Positions 42,933-52,628 of a stretch of 53,672 bases of DNA are shown piece by piece (within the stretch, counting starts at the first letter, position 1; each line of letters starts with the position of its first letter). Under the pieces are notes generated by a model. The model had not been told where the DNA came from. It was given only the letters and a program-made list of their open reading frames with translations, and did no database searches. The stretch is taken from positions 1 to 53,672 of IMG/VR virus record IMGVR_UViG_3300027734_000094; one strand, written 5' to 3'. A program made the translations under genes and the position numbers. Origin of the DNA: a virus. Its lineage: Duplodnaviria; Caudoviricetes.

Positions 42933-42961
42933 AAGAAAAGGGGGAGACCGAAGTCTCCCCC
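42933..42961 (-). terminator. rho-independent terminator after the major capsid gene
   Basis: GGGGGAGAC-TTCG-GTCTCCCCC-TTTTCTT on the minus strand. Confidence 0.9.
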
Positions 42962-42974
42962 TCCCCCTGTTTCC

Positions 42975-43886
42975 TTAGGCAGCGCCTTCGGAACCGTACA
43001 TGCCCAGCGGGTCAGACCAGCCGAACGAGTAACGTTCACGGGCCTTGTAGCGAACGTTGCCGGTATCGAAGTCACCGTCCATCGAGTTCGACATGGGAGT
43101 ACGAACGAAATGCTTCAGGCCGTTCGGCACATCGGTGGTGAGGAACCACGCGTCCGTATCGGTCAGGAAGTGGTTGACGGCGTAGCCTTCGGGGATCGAC
43201 CCGTTCGACTTCAGGGCGTTGATGTCGTTGTCCGCAGTCGAGACGCGAAGTTCGGTCTCAAGCAGGCGGGTGGCGACGAACATCAGGCTCGGCGGGATGA
43301 CCAGCTTCTTCGGCTTCGCAGCGATAAGCAGACCACGTTCATCCGTCCACGCCGCAATCTGAATGACCGCCGCTTCAAGCGACGTTTCGTTCAGATCGGC
43401 GGCAGTGCTCGGGATGTTCGAGTTGACGCCACCAGAGACGAGCGGGTGCGTAGCCGAGAACAGCGGCTTGCCGTCGCCACCGAGGTAGTCGGTGTCGAAG
43501 CCGTTATTCAGGATAGCCGCAGCCTTGGTCTGCTTGGTGTACGCCATGGCGCGAGCCAGAGCCTTCGTGTACCGCGACGACAGCGAGTCGTAGAGGTTGT
43601 CTTCAATGGCCTCTTCCGTGAGCGAGAACCCGAGGGCAATCGTCTCATGGTTGTAGCGAGCCGTGTAGACTTCCTGACCGTTGTCGTAGGCGATGGCACT
43701 GCCTTCGTTCTTAACCGGAGCAGCCGAGAAGCCCGACAGCTTGGTTTCTTCTTCGAACGAACGCTCGGAAGTCTCCGTCTCGAAGATTTCCTTATGCTCT
43801 TCGCCGTAGCGGGCGTATTCCAGACCGAACAGGGCGTTCAGGCCGGGCAGGAGCTCCTTGAGAAGCTGTGCGCGTGAAATTGCCAT
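42975..43886 (-). CDS. major capsid protein
   Basis: MAISRAQLLKELLPGLNALFG, EEAIEDNLY, GGDGKPLF, ARERYSFGWSDP; biased codons; followed by terminator. Confidence 0.9.
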   Translation of the reverse strand: MAISRAQLLKELLPGLNALFGLEYARYGEEHKEIFETETSERSFEEETKLSGFSAAPVKNEGSAIAYDNGQEVYTARYNHETIALGFSLTEEAIEDNLYDSLSSRYTKALARAMAYTKQTKAAAILNNGFDTDYLGGDGKPLFSATHPLVSGGVNSNIPSTAADLNETSLEAAVIQIAAWTDERGLLIAAKPKKLVIPPSLMFVATRLLETELRVSTADNDINALKSNGSIPEGYAVNHFLTDTDAWFLTTDVPNGLKHFVRTPMSNSMDGDFDTGNVRYKARERYSFGWSDPLGMYGSEGAA

Positions 43887-43898
43887 TGTTCAGTCTCC

Positions 43899-44498
43899 TT
43901 AGACGCCGGTCGGGTTGAGGTACTGATGCATACCCTGATTCCACTTAACGACGACCTCGGTGTAAGAACCGGGGGAGCCAATAGGCGAAGTTTCAGGAAT
44001 GACATCGATGACGCGAATCGGCCATGTGCTAGTGGTAGCGACAGTAGCGCTGATAGCTACCTTCGAGTTGCCAGTGGTGGTGCTGCCAGTATTCTGAACC
44101 AGCACAGCGTTGGCACCCACAGCAGCACGGGTAACAGTGCCAATGGTAGTGGTGGCCGAAACAACAGCAACCTTGAAGAGCGCATCCGGGTCATCAAGCA
44201 CATAAGCCTGAATATCGGCCACGTTCACACTACCGGGGTAGTACTGACGGAAAGTCTTACCATACACCGGGTCGGTGTAGGTGCAACCAAGGAACACGCC
44301 AACCGGAGTGGCAGCAGAGGTACCGGTATCCTTCTCGGCTGAGCCATCAGTCACCAGCTTAACGACGTCACCATAATAGATGGCAGTCGCCGAGTTGGCG
44401 GTGATCGGGATCAGTCGGGTGGAACCAGCAAAAACCTGCCCGCCGATCAGGTTGATCGGAATCAGCCCGTAGGGGCTGTCAACAGTAGGATATGCCAT
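43899..44498 (-). CDS. capsid-associated (cement/decoration) protein
   Basis: PYGL.P, IYYGDVV, GVF.GC.YTDP, DDPD..F; directly upstream of capsid gene. Confidence 0.65.
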   Translation of the reverse strand: MAYPTVDSPYGLIPINLIGGQVFAGSTRLIPITANSATAIYYGDVVKLVTDGSAEKDTGTSAATPVGVFLGCTYTDPVYGKTFRQYYPGSVNVADIQAYVLDDPDALFKVAVVSATTTIGTVTRAAVGANAVLVQNTGSTTTGNSKVAISATVATTSTWPIRVIDVIPETSPIGSPGSYTEVVVKWNQGMHQYLNPTGV

Positions 44499-44512
44499 TC
44501 TAAGCTCCTAGC

Positions 44513-44995
44513 TTATCTGCCTGAACCAAACGACGTCGAAGACCTCTTCTCCTTGAAGAGGGGCATACGAGAGTCGCTCTCACGCATGAAGTTGTTGTCC
44601 ACGGAGTCCATCTGGGCCTGATTCTTCTGCGCAAAGTAGTCCTTGCGCTGATCCATCAGTTCCTTCGGGGCCTTGCACAGCACCAGTCCTGCGACCTCGA
44701 TGTTGTCTTTGAAGCGGCTATCGGGGTCGATCATCATGCGGAACTTCGGCTGCTCCTCGATACGGACCGGTTCCCAACCTTCCCTCGTCTTGGACGAGAT
44801 GTTGCGGGCATCGTTCTGACCGAGAGTGGAGACACGTACCCAGCGGTACACGTATCCGGGCTGCTTATCCGGCTCTGGCAGCATCGAGGCAGGTTGCCAG
44901 ACCTTAGGGCGTTCCGCTTGTTCGCGCGTTTTGCGAGGAGTACGATTCGAGGTCACTGCCTCTTCGAAGTCCTCAAGAAGTCCACGTTCCGTCAT
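44513..44995 (-). CDS. conserved head-module hypothetical protein
   Basis: W.P...LP.P...PG..YRW.R, REGWEPV, GL.LCK.P. Confidence 0.75.
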   Translation of the reverse strand: MTERGLLEDFEEAVTSNRTPRKTREQAERPKVWQPASMLPEPDKQPGYVYRWVRVSTLGQNDARNISSKTREGWEPVRIEEQPKFRMMIDPDSRFKDNIEVAGLVLCKAPKELMDQRKDYFAQKNQAQMDSVDNNFMRESDSRMPLFKEKRSSTSFGSGR

Positions 44996-44996
44996 C

Positions 44997-45932
44997 TTAG
45001 TTCTCCATCTTCATAAGTTCACGAGCATACTGCTCGGGAGTGAGACCCAGCTTCTTCGCAATGGTAAGCTGAGACTGCTTGAGCACGATCTTCTTGGGGG
45101 ACCGGCTACGAGAAGCGGGAGCGACGACAGATGCAGCGGGCTTGGTTTCGCGCGGTTGAGCCGCTTCTTCCCCGAAGTAGTCGGGGAAACGACGACGCAT
45201 CGTTTTGTCGATGTTCGTCCAGTATTCGTCGGTGCCCGCATACTGCGGACCACGTTCGTTGATGAGCTTCTGGTGAAGCCCAAGAGCCGACGCAGTCATC
45301 TCCGGGTCTGAGCCGTACCACGTATTGCGCTCTTGCCACGCAATAGTCTTCTGGTCGGGACGCGGAGCCTGTACCGGCTGTGTAGGCTGTTCTACCTCAA
45401 CTTCAGGGGTCTGTAAAGTAGGGCGGTAAGAATTGAGCTGCTGCGCCCTGTAAGACGCTGCATTCAACTTCTCCTGAGCATCAATAAGCTTATCCGAGTC
45501 ACCAGACTCATAGGCTTCGCGGTACGCGCGCTTGGCCATTTCGAGCTCATACTCGGTGTTCTGCTTGTAGCTGTTAAGAAGATGCTGTTCGCCCTGAGAC
45601 AGGTTAGTCTTGAGCAGACGGTTTTCTTCCAGCAGCCGCTGGGCGGCGCTAAGAGCTTCAGTCTGTTCGCGCTGGAGACGCTCCTTCTCGCGGCGCTCGT
45701 CGTGCCAGACCTTCTTCATCTGCTTGAGACGGGTCTTGACCTTCTCGGAGTACTCTTCGAGCTCGTCATTCTCCAGCTCTTCGACGACCTCCTTGGGCAT
45801 GGGCTCGCGCCCGCGATCTGCCTCGGGGGTATCGTCTTCAATCTCGATATCAGGCTTATTGCTATCAGGAACAGGGGTGTTCTCGTCCTCGATCTCGAAC
45901 GAAAAGTCATCATCGGGCTGAGTAGCCATCAT
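44997..45932 (-). CDS. putative capsid scaffolding protein
   Basis: Acidic N-terminus, coiled coil, W..RN.WYG, C-terminal IAKKLGLTPEQYA; synteny. Confidence 0.75.
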   Translation of the reverse strand: MMATQPDDDFSFEIEDENTPVPDSNKPDIEIEDDTPEADRGREPMPKEVVEELENDELEEYSEKVKTRLKQMKKVWHDERREKERLQREQTEALSAAQRLLEENRLLKTNLSQGEQHLLNSYKQNTEYELEMAKRAYREAYESGDSDKLIDAQEKLNAASYRAQQLNSYRPTLQTPEVEVEQPTQPVQAPRPDQKTIAWQERNTWYGSDPEMTASALGLHQKLINERGPQYAGTDEYWTNIDKTMRRRFPDYFGEEAAQPRETKPAASVVAPASRSRSPKKIVLKQSQLTIAKKLGLTPEQYARELMKMEN

Positions 45933-45959
45933 TCTTCTCCTTTGTACGGGTTACGCCCG

Positions 45960-46400
45960 TTAAGCGCGCGTAATGCCACGCGGGTCTTCCACGACACCTT
46001 CGACAGCGTCGTCATTGATCATACGGAACTCACGTCCGTGAATCTTGATGCGGCTACCAGCCATAGGGCGGGTAACGATGAAGTCGCCTTCCTTGCACCA
46101 CGGGCCGCTCGGGAACCGCTTCTCGTCCTTGTAGGCGTCAGGGCCGACCTTGAGCACGAACAGCACTGGAGTAGTGAGCTCTTCGTACTGCTTGGTGATA
46201 TCGGCCTTGAAGATGCCGCCCTCGGTCTGGTCGTCCACGTCAGGCACTGCGCACAGGATGCGGTAGCCAGTGGGGTCAGGAAGCTGCTTTGCCTTGCGAT
46301 CATCCGAGTCTGGCAGCACGGTGGTGTTGCCGTCCTTATCTGCAATCAGGAACTCAGGAATCTTCGGCAGAGTCTTGTCCTCTGCATTAGTCGTCATCAT
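45960..46400 (-). CDS. groES: GroES-like co-chaperonin
   Basis: P.GYRIL, TEGGI, VLKVGP, GDFIV, MINDD.V.GVV. Confidence 0.85.
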   Translation of the reverse strand: MMTTNAEDKTLPKIPEFLIADKDGNTTVLPDSDDRKAKQLPDPTGYRILCAVPDVDDQTEGGIFKADITKQYEELTTPVLFVLKVGPDAYKDEKRFPSGPWCKEGDFIVTRPMAGSRIKIHGREFRMINDDAVEGVVEDPRGITRA

Positions 46401-46584
46401 TATTCTCCATCCTCTGCGCCGTCTCTGCGAACAGAGTGTTAGCGATCATAAGCCCACGGACGATGCCGCAAGCGTACTTGTAGTCCCCATGATCCTTGGC
46501 GGTACCGCGAGCGAGGTCGTCGCTCATGACGGTGATCTCCTCTTGGACCTTACCGGACAGGTACTTCAGTAGTTCCGTACTCAT
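46387..46584 (-). CDS. small hypothetical protein
   Basis: L..G.AKD..DYKY.CG..RGL; coupled to portal gene. Confidence 0.7.
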   Translation of the reverse strand: MSTELLKYLSGKVQEEITVMSDDLARGTAKDHGDYKYACGIVRGLMIANTLFAETAQRMENNDDD

Positions 46585-49073
46585 TTAGTCTCCTCTGGCT
46601 TGCTTGCGGGAACAGGGGGTTCCTTGGCGAGGTTCTGCATACCCATTGAAGCTTCCTTGGCGACTTGGACGCCAATACGAAGCCCTTCGAGTTCTTGTTT
46701 GGCCGAGAGATTAGCCTTGTCCGTGGCGACCTTGGCACCGACCTGAAGACCTGCGATCTCCTTCTGGGCCGCGATCCGCTTCTCTTCGAGCTCGATCCGG
46801 TCGTTCTTCTCCGCAGCGTCGATCATCAGCTTCCGCTCCTTGATATCGACTTCCTTCTGCTTGATCTCCAGCTCCTTCATCTGCATCTGGACGAGCGGGT
46901 CCTGAGCCATCTGCTGGTTCTGCTGCTGCTGAGCCTCAGCCTGATCCTTCTGCAGAAGCTGCTGCGAAGCCTGAGCGGCAAGGCGCGACACCGCGATCTC
47001 AACATCCTCGCTCATCTCGGCACCGGGCGGCGGCAGCGGCACGCCAGCTTGTTCCTCGATCTGCTTGCGGTACGCGAAGGCCAGATGCTCCTGAAGGTGG
47101 GCCATGCCAGCGGCCATTATAGTCTGTGCGTTGGGGTTCTGACCCATCATCTGCTGCATCTTGGGGTCTTGGGCCATCGCCATATGGACTGCGATATGCG
47201 CCTCGTGGTCTTGGTAGATAAACGCCTTGACCGGCTTGCCATTGAGCAGGTCCATGTTCTCCGACACCGGGTCGCGCGGCTTCATGTCGTCGTTGTCCTT
47301 GAGCGGGACAAGCTTCTGCGCGTTCTTGATGCCGAGCACCTCCAGCATCTGCCTATGCAGGTACGGCAGGTCATAAATCTGCGGAGCACCCTGCGCGAGC
47401 TGGATCACTGCCTGATACTGGACGATCTTCTGCGCCATAGTGGCAGCATTGGGGTCCGATACCGGCATGATATCGACGCTGTCGTAGTCCGACTTCTTGG
47501 CCTTGCGGCCACCTTCCTCAGGCTCGTAGCTGTACTCAGCGGGGGTGTAATCCCGGATAATACCCTTCAGGAGCTTGAACTCCTGCCGCATCGAATAATG
47601 GATGCGTGCCTGCACAGCTGACATGAGCTTGAGCGTGCGCTCTAGGATAGCTAGGGTCGTACCCACCGGGGCCTGCGCCGACATGTCGGACACCTGCAGG
47701 TCAGCGGCACCCGCGAACTTGCGCCCCTCCTCGATGATGGTCTGGAGGAGCTGGAACAGGGTCTGCGACGGCTCCTTGTACGGCAGCGGCATGATATTGT
47801 CGCGCATCGAGCCCGAAGCCACGTCCACGTCACGCCACTCGGCGGGAGCGATGGGAGTGTCGTCACCCTTGACCCGCAGACCCTTGGTCTTGAAGCCGCC
47901 CGGCAGGTTGCTCAGCGTACCTGCATCGACGAGCTGGCGCAGGATGGACGTGCCCGACTTAGCAAAGGCCCCCACGAGGTGGATGAGGCCGAAGGCATAG
48001 AAGCCGAACCCCGGCACGTACGAGTAGTGTACGAAGTGGTTGCGCTTCGCTTTCTTCTCGTCCTCCGGGTCCCAGTTACGACGGATAGCGAGGACCTCCT
48101 CACTCTCCTTATCGATGGTCACGATATAAGGCAGCGCGATGTCGCCGTCGTCCTTGTCGCGGAACTTGTCATCCTCAATAATGAGGTCAACCTGCATCTC
48201 AAGCAGCTTGTACCGGTCGTCGGTCTCGGCGCGGAAGCCCATCTTCTCCGCGATCTTCTTCTCGACCTCGTCCATGGTATTGGTAGGCTCGGGAAGATCG
48301 ACATCACGGTAGAAACCGCCGCGCTGCAGCTTCTTCATCTCGTTCTTGGTCTTGCGCAGCACGTGCGTGACACGCTCAGCCGACTCAAGGTTAGACGCAC
48401 CATAAGGGACAATGACGTCCTCAGCGGGCACGTACATCGACACCTGACGTCCCATACTGGGGTCGTAATACACCTTCTTGAACGCATTGCCTGACAGCCC
48501 GAGCCCCCAGAGCATCCGCTCATGTTCCGGACGGTACTCCACCATGCGCTCAGTGAGCTGGTAGTTCATGTCGTCCTGCACGCGGACAGCCGCCTCGCGC
48601 TTCGCAGGTGTCTCCTTACCGATGATCTGCGTCTTCACCGGGCCAGCAGCGGGGAACGTCTCCGTGATGGTCTCGGCTTGGAACTTGACCAGTGCTTCAC
48701 TCAGGAGGGGATGGTACACACCGCAAGCACCGGGCCACGGCTCAGTGCGGTCATCGACCTTCATCCCAAGGAGCTCAAGGCCATCGACGTAAGTCTGAAT
48801 CCAGTCCTTACGGCTATTAATATCCTCCTCGTAGTCACCTAGCAGGTCGCCAACCAGCTCGGTCAGCACGCCTTCATCGAGCGTTTCAGCGAGATTGCTG
48901 TTAAACTCCTCTTCCCCGGCTTTAGCCGCGTCGGATTCCTCCTCATCGCCCTCGCCAAGGTCGATCTCAATCTCGAAGTTCTCATCAGGCATGTTCACGC
49001 CCGCCTGAACACCATCTGCCATCGAAGCATCGAGGCCCAACGGGGCTCGGTTAAGGGCTTTATCTACGGCCAT
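46581..49073 (-). CDS. portal protein
   Basis: 830 aa after TerL; EPW.GACG..HP.L, GFY.FGL.H, LVDAGTLSNLP; Q-rich C-terminal barrel. Confidence 0.85.
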   Translation of the reverse strand: MAVDKALNRAPLGLDASMADGVQAGVNMPDENFEIEIDLGEGDEEESDAAKAGEEEFNSNLAETLDEGVLTELVGDLLGDYEEDINSRKDWIQTYVDGLELLGMKVDDRTEPWPGACGVYHPLLSEALVKFQAETITETFPAAGPVKTQIIGKETPAKREAAVRVQDDMNYQLTERMVEYRPEHERMLWGLGLSGNAFKKVYYDPSMGRQVSMYVPAEDVIVPYGASNLESAERVTHVLRKTKNEMKKLQRGGFYRDVDLPEPTNTMDEVEKKIAEKMGFRAETDDRYKLLEMQVDLIIEDDKFRDKDDGDIALPYIVTIDKESEEVLAIRRNWDPEDEKKAKRNHFVHYSYVPGFGFYAFGLIHLVGAFAKSGTSILRQLVDAGTLSNLPGGFKTKGLRVKGDDTPIAPAEWRDVDVASGSMRDNIMPLPYKEPSQTLFQLLQTIIEEGRKFAGAADLQVSDMSAQAPVGTTLAILERTLKLMSAVQARIHYSMRQEFKLLKGIIRDYTPAEYSYEPEEGGRKAKKSDYDSVDIMPVSDPNAATMAQKIVQYQAVIQLAQGAPQIYDLPYLHRQMLEVLGIKNAQKLVPLKDNDDMKPRDPVSENMDLLNGKPVKAFIYQDHEAHIAVHMAMAQDPKMQQMMGQNPNAQTIMAAGMAHLQEHLAFAYRKQIEEQAGVPLPPPGAEMSEDVEIAVSRLAAQASQQLLQKDQAEAQQQQNQQMAQDPLVQMQMKELEIKQKEVDIKERKLMIDAAEKNDRIELEEKRIAAQKEIAGLQVGAKVATDKANLSAKQELEGLRIGVQVAKEASMGMQNLAKEPPVPASKPEETK

Positions 49074-49355
49074 TTACTTAACTTTCCTCTTGGCGCGGGT
49101 AGCGCGCTTCACGGTCTTAGCGACGGCAAGCACGGGGGTAGCGACCTCAACAACTTCAGCCACCGTCTCGACTGCGTCTTCGAACACATCAAAGATGTTT
49201 TTCTTCTTGGTCAGCTCCAACCCATTCGCGTAATTGACTGCTTCCGGGAACGGCACACCTGCGGCTCGTGCCTCGTTGAACGCAATCTTCTGTTCGTCGC
49301 GCCACTTGCGCCACTGAGTCTTGCCAATCGGGAACAGTGCTTTGACCTCAGACAT
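49074..49355 (-). CDS. hypothetical protein
   Basis: 93 aa, coupled to TerL stop. Confidence 0.65.
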   Translation of the reverse strand: MSEVKALFPIGKTQWRKWRDEQKIAFNEARAAGVPFPEAVNYANGLELTKKKNIFDVFEDAVETVAEVVEVATPVLAVAKTVKRATRAKRKVK

Positions 49356-50884
49356 CAGTAATACCCCCTGTTGCGGTTTGACTTGAAATACACTGGTTCG
49401 TCGGGCTCGTCGAGGTTGGTAGTGACGTAACCACCTTTGCGGAAGCGATGCATGGCCATAGATACGCTATCTACGTAGTCGTCATGGCTACCGGCAGGGA
49501 ACTCAGCGACCTCATCAACCACTTCTTCGGCCCACCGAGTAGCAGGTGCCCATACCCGTCCAGACGCAAACAAGTCTGCGACAGCATTCAAACGGGAAAT
49601 CTTGTCGTTGCCACGTGTAGGCGTAAACTCCTGAACCGGTATACCCATCGCTCTCATCTCGTAGATCAAAGGCGCACCGGAAGCCTTCTTCTCGATGATC
49701 ACACTGTCCGGTTCCCACTCGCGGTACTCCTCGATGGCTACCTGCTTAAGAGTCGGGAACTCCATACGGTCCCTAAAGGCGTTCAGGAGGATGATATTGG
49801 CCTGATCTGTGCCGTTGTTGTCCGGGTGGTAGAACACTCCCCACGTCGTGCAGGCGCTATAGTCCGCACGTTGGCTCTTCTCGAAGGCCGTATCCCAGCT
49901 CTGGAGGATGAAATCGCACTGTGGAGCCCGATCAGACTCCCACTCACGCCACCACTCGCGCTTCACGATGGCGGCTGACTCAGAAACTGGGTTCTGCTGG
50001 TACTGCGCCTGCCATTTACTGTTCGGGACGTCTCTTTTGACCTTCAGAAGCTCGTCGAGCGACCAAAACTCGGGCCAAAGCGGCTTTTCTGACGGTAGAA
50101 TGGCCGGAAACTCAATCACCTCCCACTCGTCTAGGCTGCCATTCACAGCTGCGTCCTTCATAATTTGGCCGCACAGATCACGCTTTGCCCACCTAGTGGC
50201 AACGATTACAATAGCCCCACCCGGCTGCAAACGCTGACGAGGCCCAGAAGTGTACCACTCGTAGGTCTTGTCGTAGATATCCGGGTTTACTTCCGCGAGT
50301 GCGGCTTCCTGTTCGGAGTGCGGGTCGTCAATGATGAGTAGGTCCGCACCTTTACCGGTAACGGCACCGCCAACACCGATAGCGAAATAGTCGCCCTGCT
50401 TATTGGTGTTCCACCGTCCCGCTGCCTTGCTGTCTGATGCAAGGACAAGATCAGGAAAAATCGCCTTGTACGCGTCCGTATCGACAAGGTTACGGACTTT
50501 ACGCCCGAAGCCGACCGCCAGCTCAGCCGTATGGGAGCACTGGATGACCTTCTTGTGCGGAGAATTGCCAAGGAACCAAGCAGGTAGCAGGTAAGAAGCA
50601 AACTCGGACTTGGTATGGCGAGGAGGCATATTAATGATGAGGCGTTTGCACTCGCCGCGAGCCACCCTCTCAAACGCATCGGCCATCTTGGCATGGTGCC
50701 TCCCCGCAATGAACGACGGCCATACTTCCTGTACGAACTTAATGAACCGCTTCTTACTCAGGTCACGCCGCTTGAGCTCTGTCAGCTTCTCCAGCTCGGC
50801 AAGCAGCAGCTCCTGCTCGTGCAGAGGCAGCTTATGCAGGATTTTTGGGATATCCTTAAGGCTGACGTCAGCGAGAGTGACCAT
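49355..50884 (-). CDS. terL: terminase large subunit
   Basis: INMPPRHTKS, GKGADLLIIDDP, SWDTA, IEKKASG, HDDYVDS. Confidence 0.95.
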   Translation of the reverse strand: MVTLADVSLKDIPKILHKLPLHEQELLLAELEKLTELKRRDLSKKRFIKFVQEVWPSFIAGRHHAKMADAFERVARGECKRLIINMPPRHTKSEFASYLLPAWFLGNSPHKKVIQCSHTAELAVGFGRKVRNLVDTDAYKAIFPDLVLASDSKAAGRWNTNKQGDYFAIGVGGAVTGKGADLLIIDDPHSEQEAALAEVNPDIYDKTYEWYTSGPRQRLQPGGAIVIVATRWAKRDLCGQIMKDAAVNGSLDEWEVIEFPAILPSEKPLWPEFWSLDELLKVKRDVPNSKWQAQYQQNPVSESAAIVKREWWREWESDRAPQCDFILQSWDTAFEKSQRADYSACTTWGVFYHPDNNGTDQANIILLNAFRDRMEFPTLKQVAIEEYREWEPDSVIIEKKASGAPLIYEMRAMGIPVQEFTPTRGNDKISRLNAVADLFASGRVWAPATRWAEEVVDEVAEFPAGSHDDYVDSVSMAMHRFRKGGYVTTNLDEPDEPVYFKSNRNRGYY

Positions 50885-51063
50885 CAGTGGAGCTTCCTAC
50901 CCTGTTCGTAGCTCTCACGATCATCCGCAGCGTGGTGTGTCACCACAGTGCCCACCCCTACGTACTCTACGTCGGGCCTGCACCAGCACTCCTCTGTGTC
51001 ATCGTGCTCCCTGAGGTCGTTAAGTGGTACGACGTGCCATGTATCGCTGGTGTTAACCTGCAT
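50884..51063 (-). CDS. small His/Cys protein (probable metal binding)
   Basis: Start MQVN at 51063; HVVP.ND.REH..CWC.P..H. Confidence 0.65.
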   Translation of the reverse strand: MQVNTSDTWHVVPLNDLREHDDTEECWCRPDVEYVGVGTVVTHHAADDRESYEQGRKLH

Positions 51064-51064
51064 C

Positions 51065-51712
51065 CTACGCCTCCTCTTGCGCACTCGGCGCATTCGATTC
51101 CGCGTGTTGGGAGTGTCCCGCATCGTCTTCCAACACCTCTTGGAAGTCTGCATCGAGTATACCAAGCTCTTCGTCTAGGTCCATACCCAGCGGCTTCATA
51201 TCTATGATGTCGGCGTTCAGCAGGCGCTTGACGCGCTCCTTGATAGCCTTCTCCAGACTCTCAGGGTTGTTGTAGTTGACCGTGACCTCGCTGCGTTCCG
51301 TGAACAGGCCGATGTCTGAGTGCTTACCCAAGAGCTCAATAGCCTTGAGCTCGTACTTGGTCTCGCCGCAGTCAGCGATCTCCAGCAGCTTGTTGGTCAG
51401 AGCGGCACGCACGGCATCGATGTCGAGCGCACGCGACTGGCCGTAGGCCCTGAGGAACGCAGAGGCTCCTAGCGCCGCAGGCAGGCTGCTCTTCAGGGGT
51501 GTGATCTTCTGCTCTTTGATGGCCTTGTCGAGGAGCGCAGCCTCCTCATTCAGTGACCCTTTAGTCACCTCTACTGGAGCACCCAGCTCTTCAAGTAATT
51601 CAGCCGTGGTTGCCATAGACGCCAGCCTGTCTGCGAACGCATCCAGCTCTTCATCCGACGTATCAAATGGCACGGGGTACTCAGCTGAAGGCTCAATCTT
51701 AACAACAGGCAT
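51065..51712 (-). CDS. putative terminase small subunit
   Basis: LKAIELLGK..D.GLFTERSE; position upstream of terL. Confidence 0.6.
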   Translation of the reverse strand: MPVVKIEPSAEYPVPFDTSDEELDAFADRLASMATTAELLEELGAPVEVTKGSLNEEAALLDKAIKEQKITPLKSSLPAALGASAFLRAYGQSRALDIDAVRAALTNKLLEIADCGETKYELKAIELLGKHSDIGLFTERSEVTVNYNNPESLEKAIKERVKRLLNADIIDMKPLGMDLDEELGILDADFQEVLEDDAGHSQHAESNAPSAQEEA

Positions 51713-51743
51713 GGTGCAGCATCCGCTTGTAGGAGCAGGTGCT

Positions 51744-51773
51744 TATATACGCACGTGTGGGAGACGGAGTAAA
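51744..51773 (-). promoter_or_regulatory. possible sigma70 promoter for the packaging operon
   Basis: TTTACT-N18-TATATA on the minus strand. Confidence 0.3.
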
Positions 51774-51783
51774 GGGTATACCA

Positions 51784-52140
51784 CTACCCTCGATGGGTGC
51801 GACCCATATCCCGGTAAGTTTTTTTCCGGTGGCAGTTACAACACCGCACTTGGCATTTAGCGACTTCTTCTATTACCCGCTTAAGGGGTATACATTTACG
51901 TACCGCGTCCCCAATATGGAATAACTTGTCGCGTATGTGGTCAAACTCTAGCAGTATTGGGTCAGCCTCTCCACAGTCTGTGCAGGGGTTATTCTTCAGG
52001 TATTCATACAGCCAGACCTTTAACTTCCCACGCCGCACGTTCGCGCGCTTGCATGCAGCGATATTGAGGCGCTTTTTATTGGCCTCGTAATACCGACGCC
52101 TGCGAGATGCATTTTCCTGTCTAGGATCATGTATCGCCAT
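51784..52140 (-). CDS. HNH endonuclease
   Basis: CTDCG..LEFDH..KC.V.C.NCH. Confidence 0.9.
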   Translation of the reverse strand: MAIHDPRQENASRRRRYYEANKKRLNIAACKRANVRRGKLKVWLYEYLKNNPCTDCGEADPILLEFDHIRDKLFHIGDAVRKCIPLKRVIEEVAKCQVRCCNCHRKKTYRDMGRTHRG

Positions 52141-52536
52141 ACACCCTCCATACCATGCAAAGATTACAACGATACTACCTTATGGGGCGGGGGACTCCAA
52201 CGGGTCCCATAACGGGGGGTCCCTTCTAAATCGAAGGGGCCTAAAAAGGTGTAACTTTTAATAGGGGGTGGGGGGTGTGTTTTCAAAACGCAGTGCTGGG
52301 ATGTGCAGAATAGTAAGTATAAGGCGAGCGCGGAGTCCCAATACCCCAGCGGGGGGTACCCAGTGGGTACGGTAACGGTATAGTTATATCCTTATCCCCT
52401 GCCCCCTATCAACTAATCTATAGCTATTAACCTACTAACCAAAGCGAGCGAAGCGAGCGAAGAAATTTTTATTCTTGGCGCTGCTAATGCGCTGCTTAAC
52501 TGGGGTTAAGCGGTGTCTGTTAATTGCCGGGGTCAT

Positions 52537-52565
52537 TTGGCCTAAGTGGATTGTTGTTGTATAAG
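52537..52565 (+). promoter_or_regulatory. possible sigma70 early promoter
   Basis: TTGGCC-N17-TATAAG upstream of 52629. Confidence 0.4.
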
Positions 52566-52628
52566 TAAGGGGCTGGGGAAGTCCCCAGCGGCGGCGCTGC
52601 CGCCTAACTCTGGTTAAGGCCTTATATT

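Noticed and set aside
42912-43877. Long antisense ORFs opposite the capsid, scaffold, portal and SLT genes (321, 286, 318, 391 aa)
   Set aside because: Expected from GC3-biased codon usage on the real strand; no RBS or motifs
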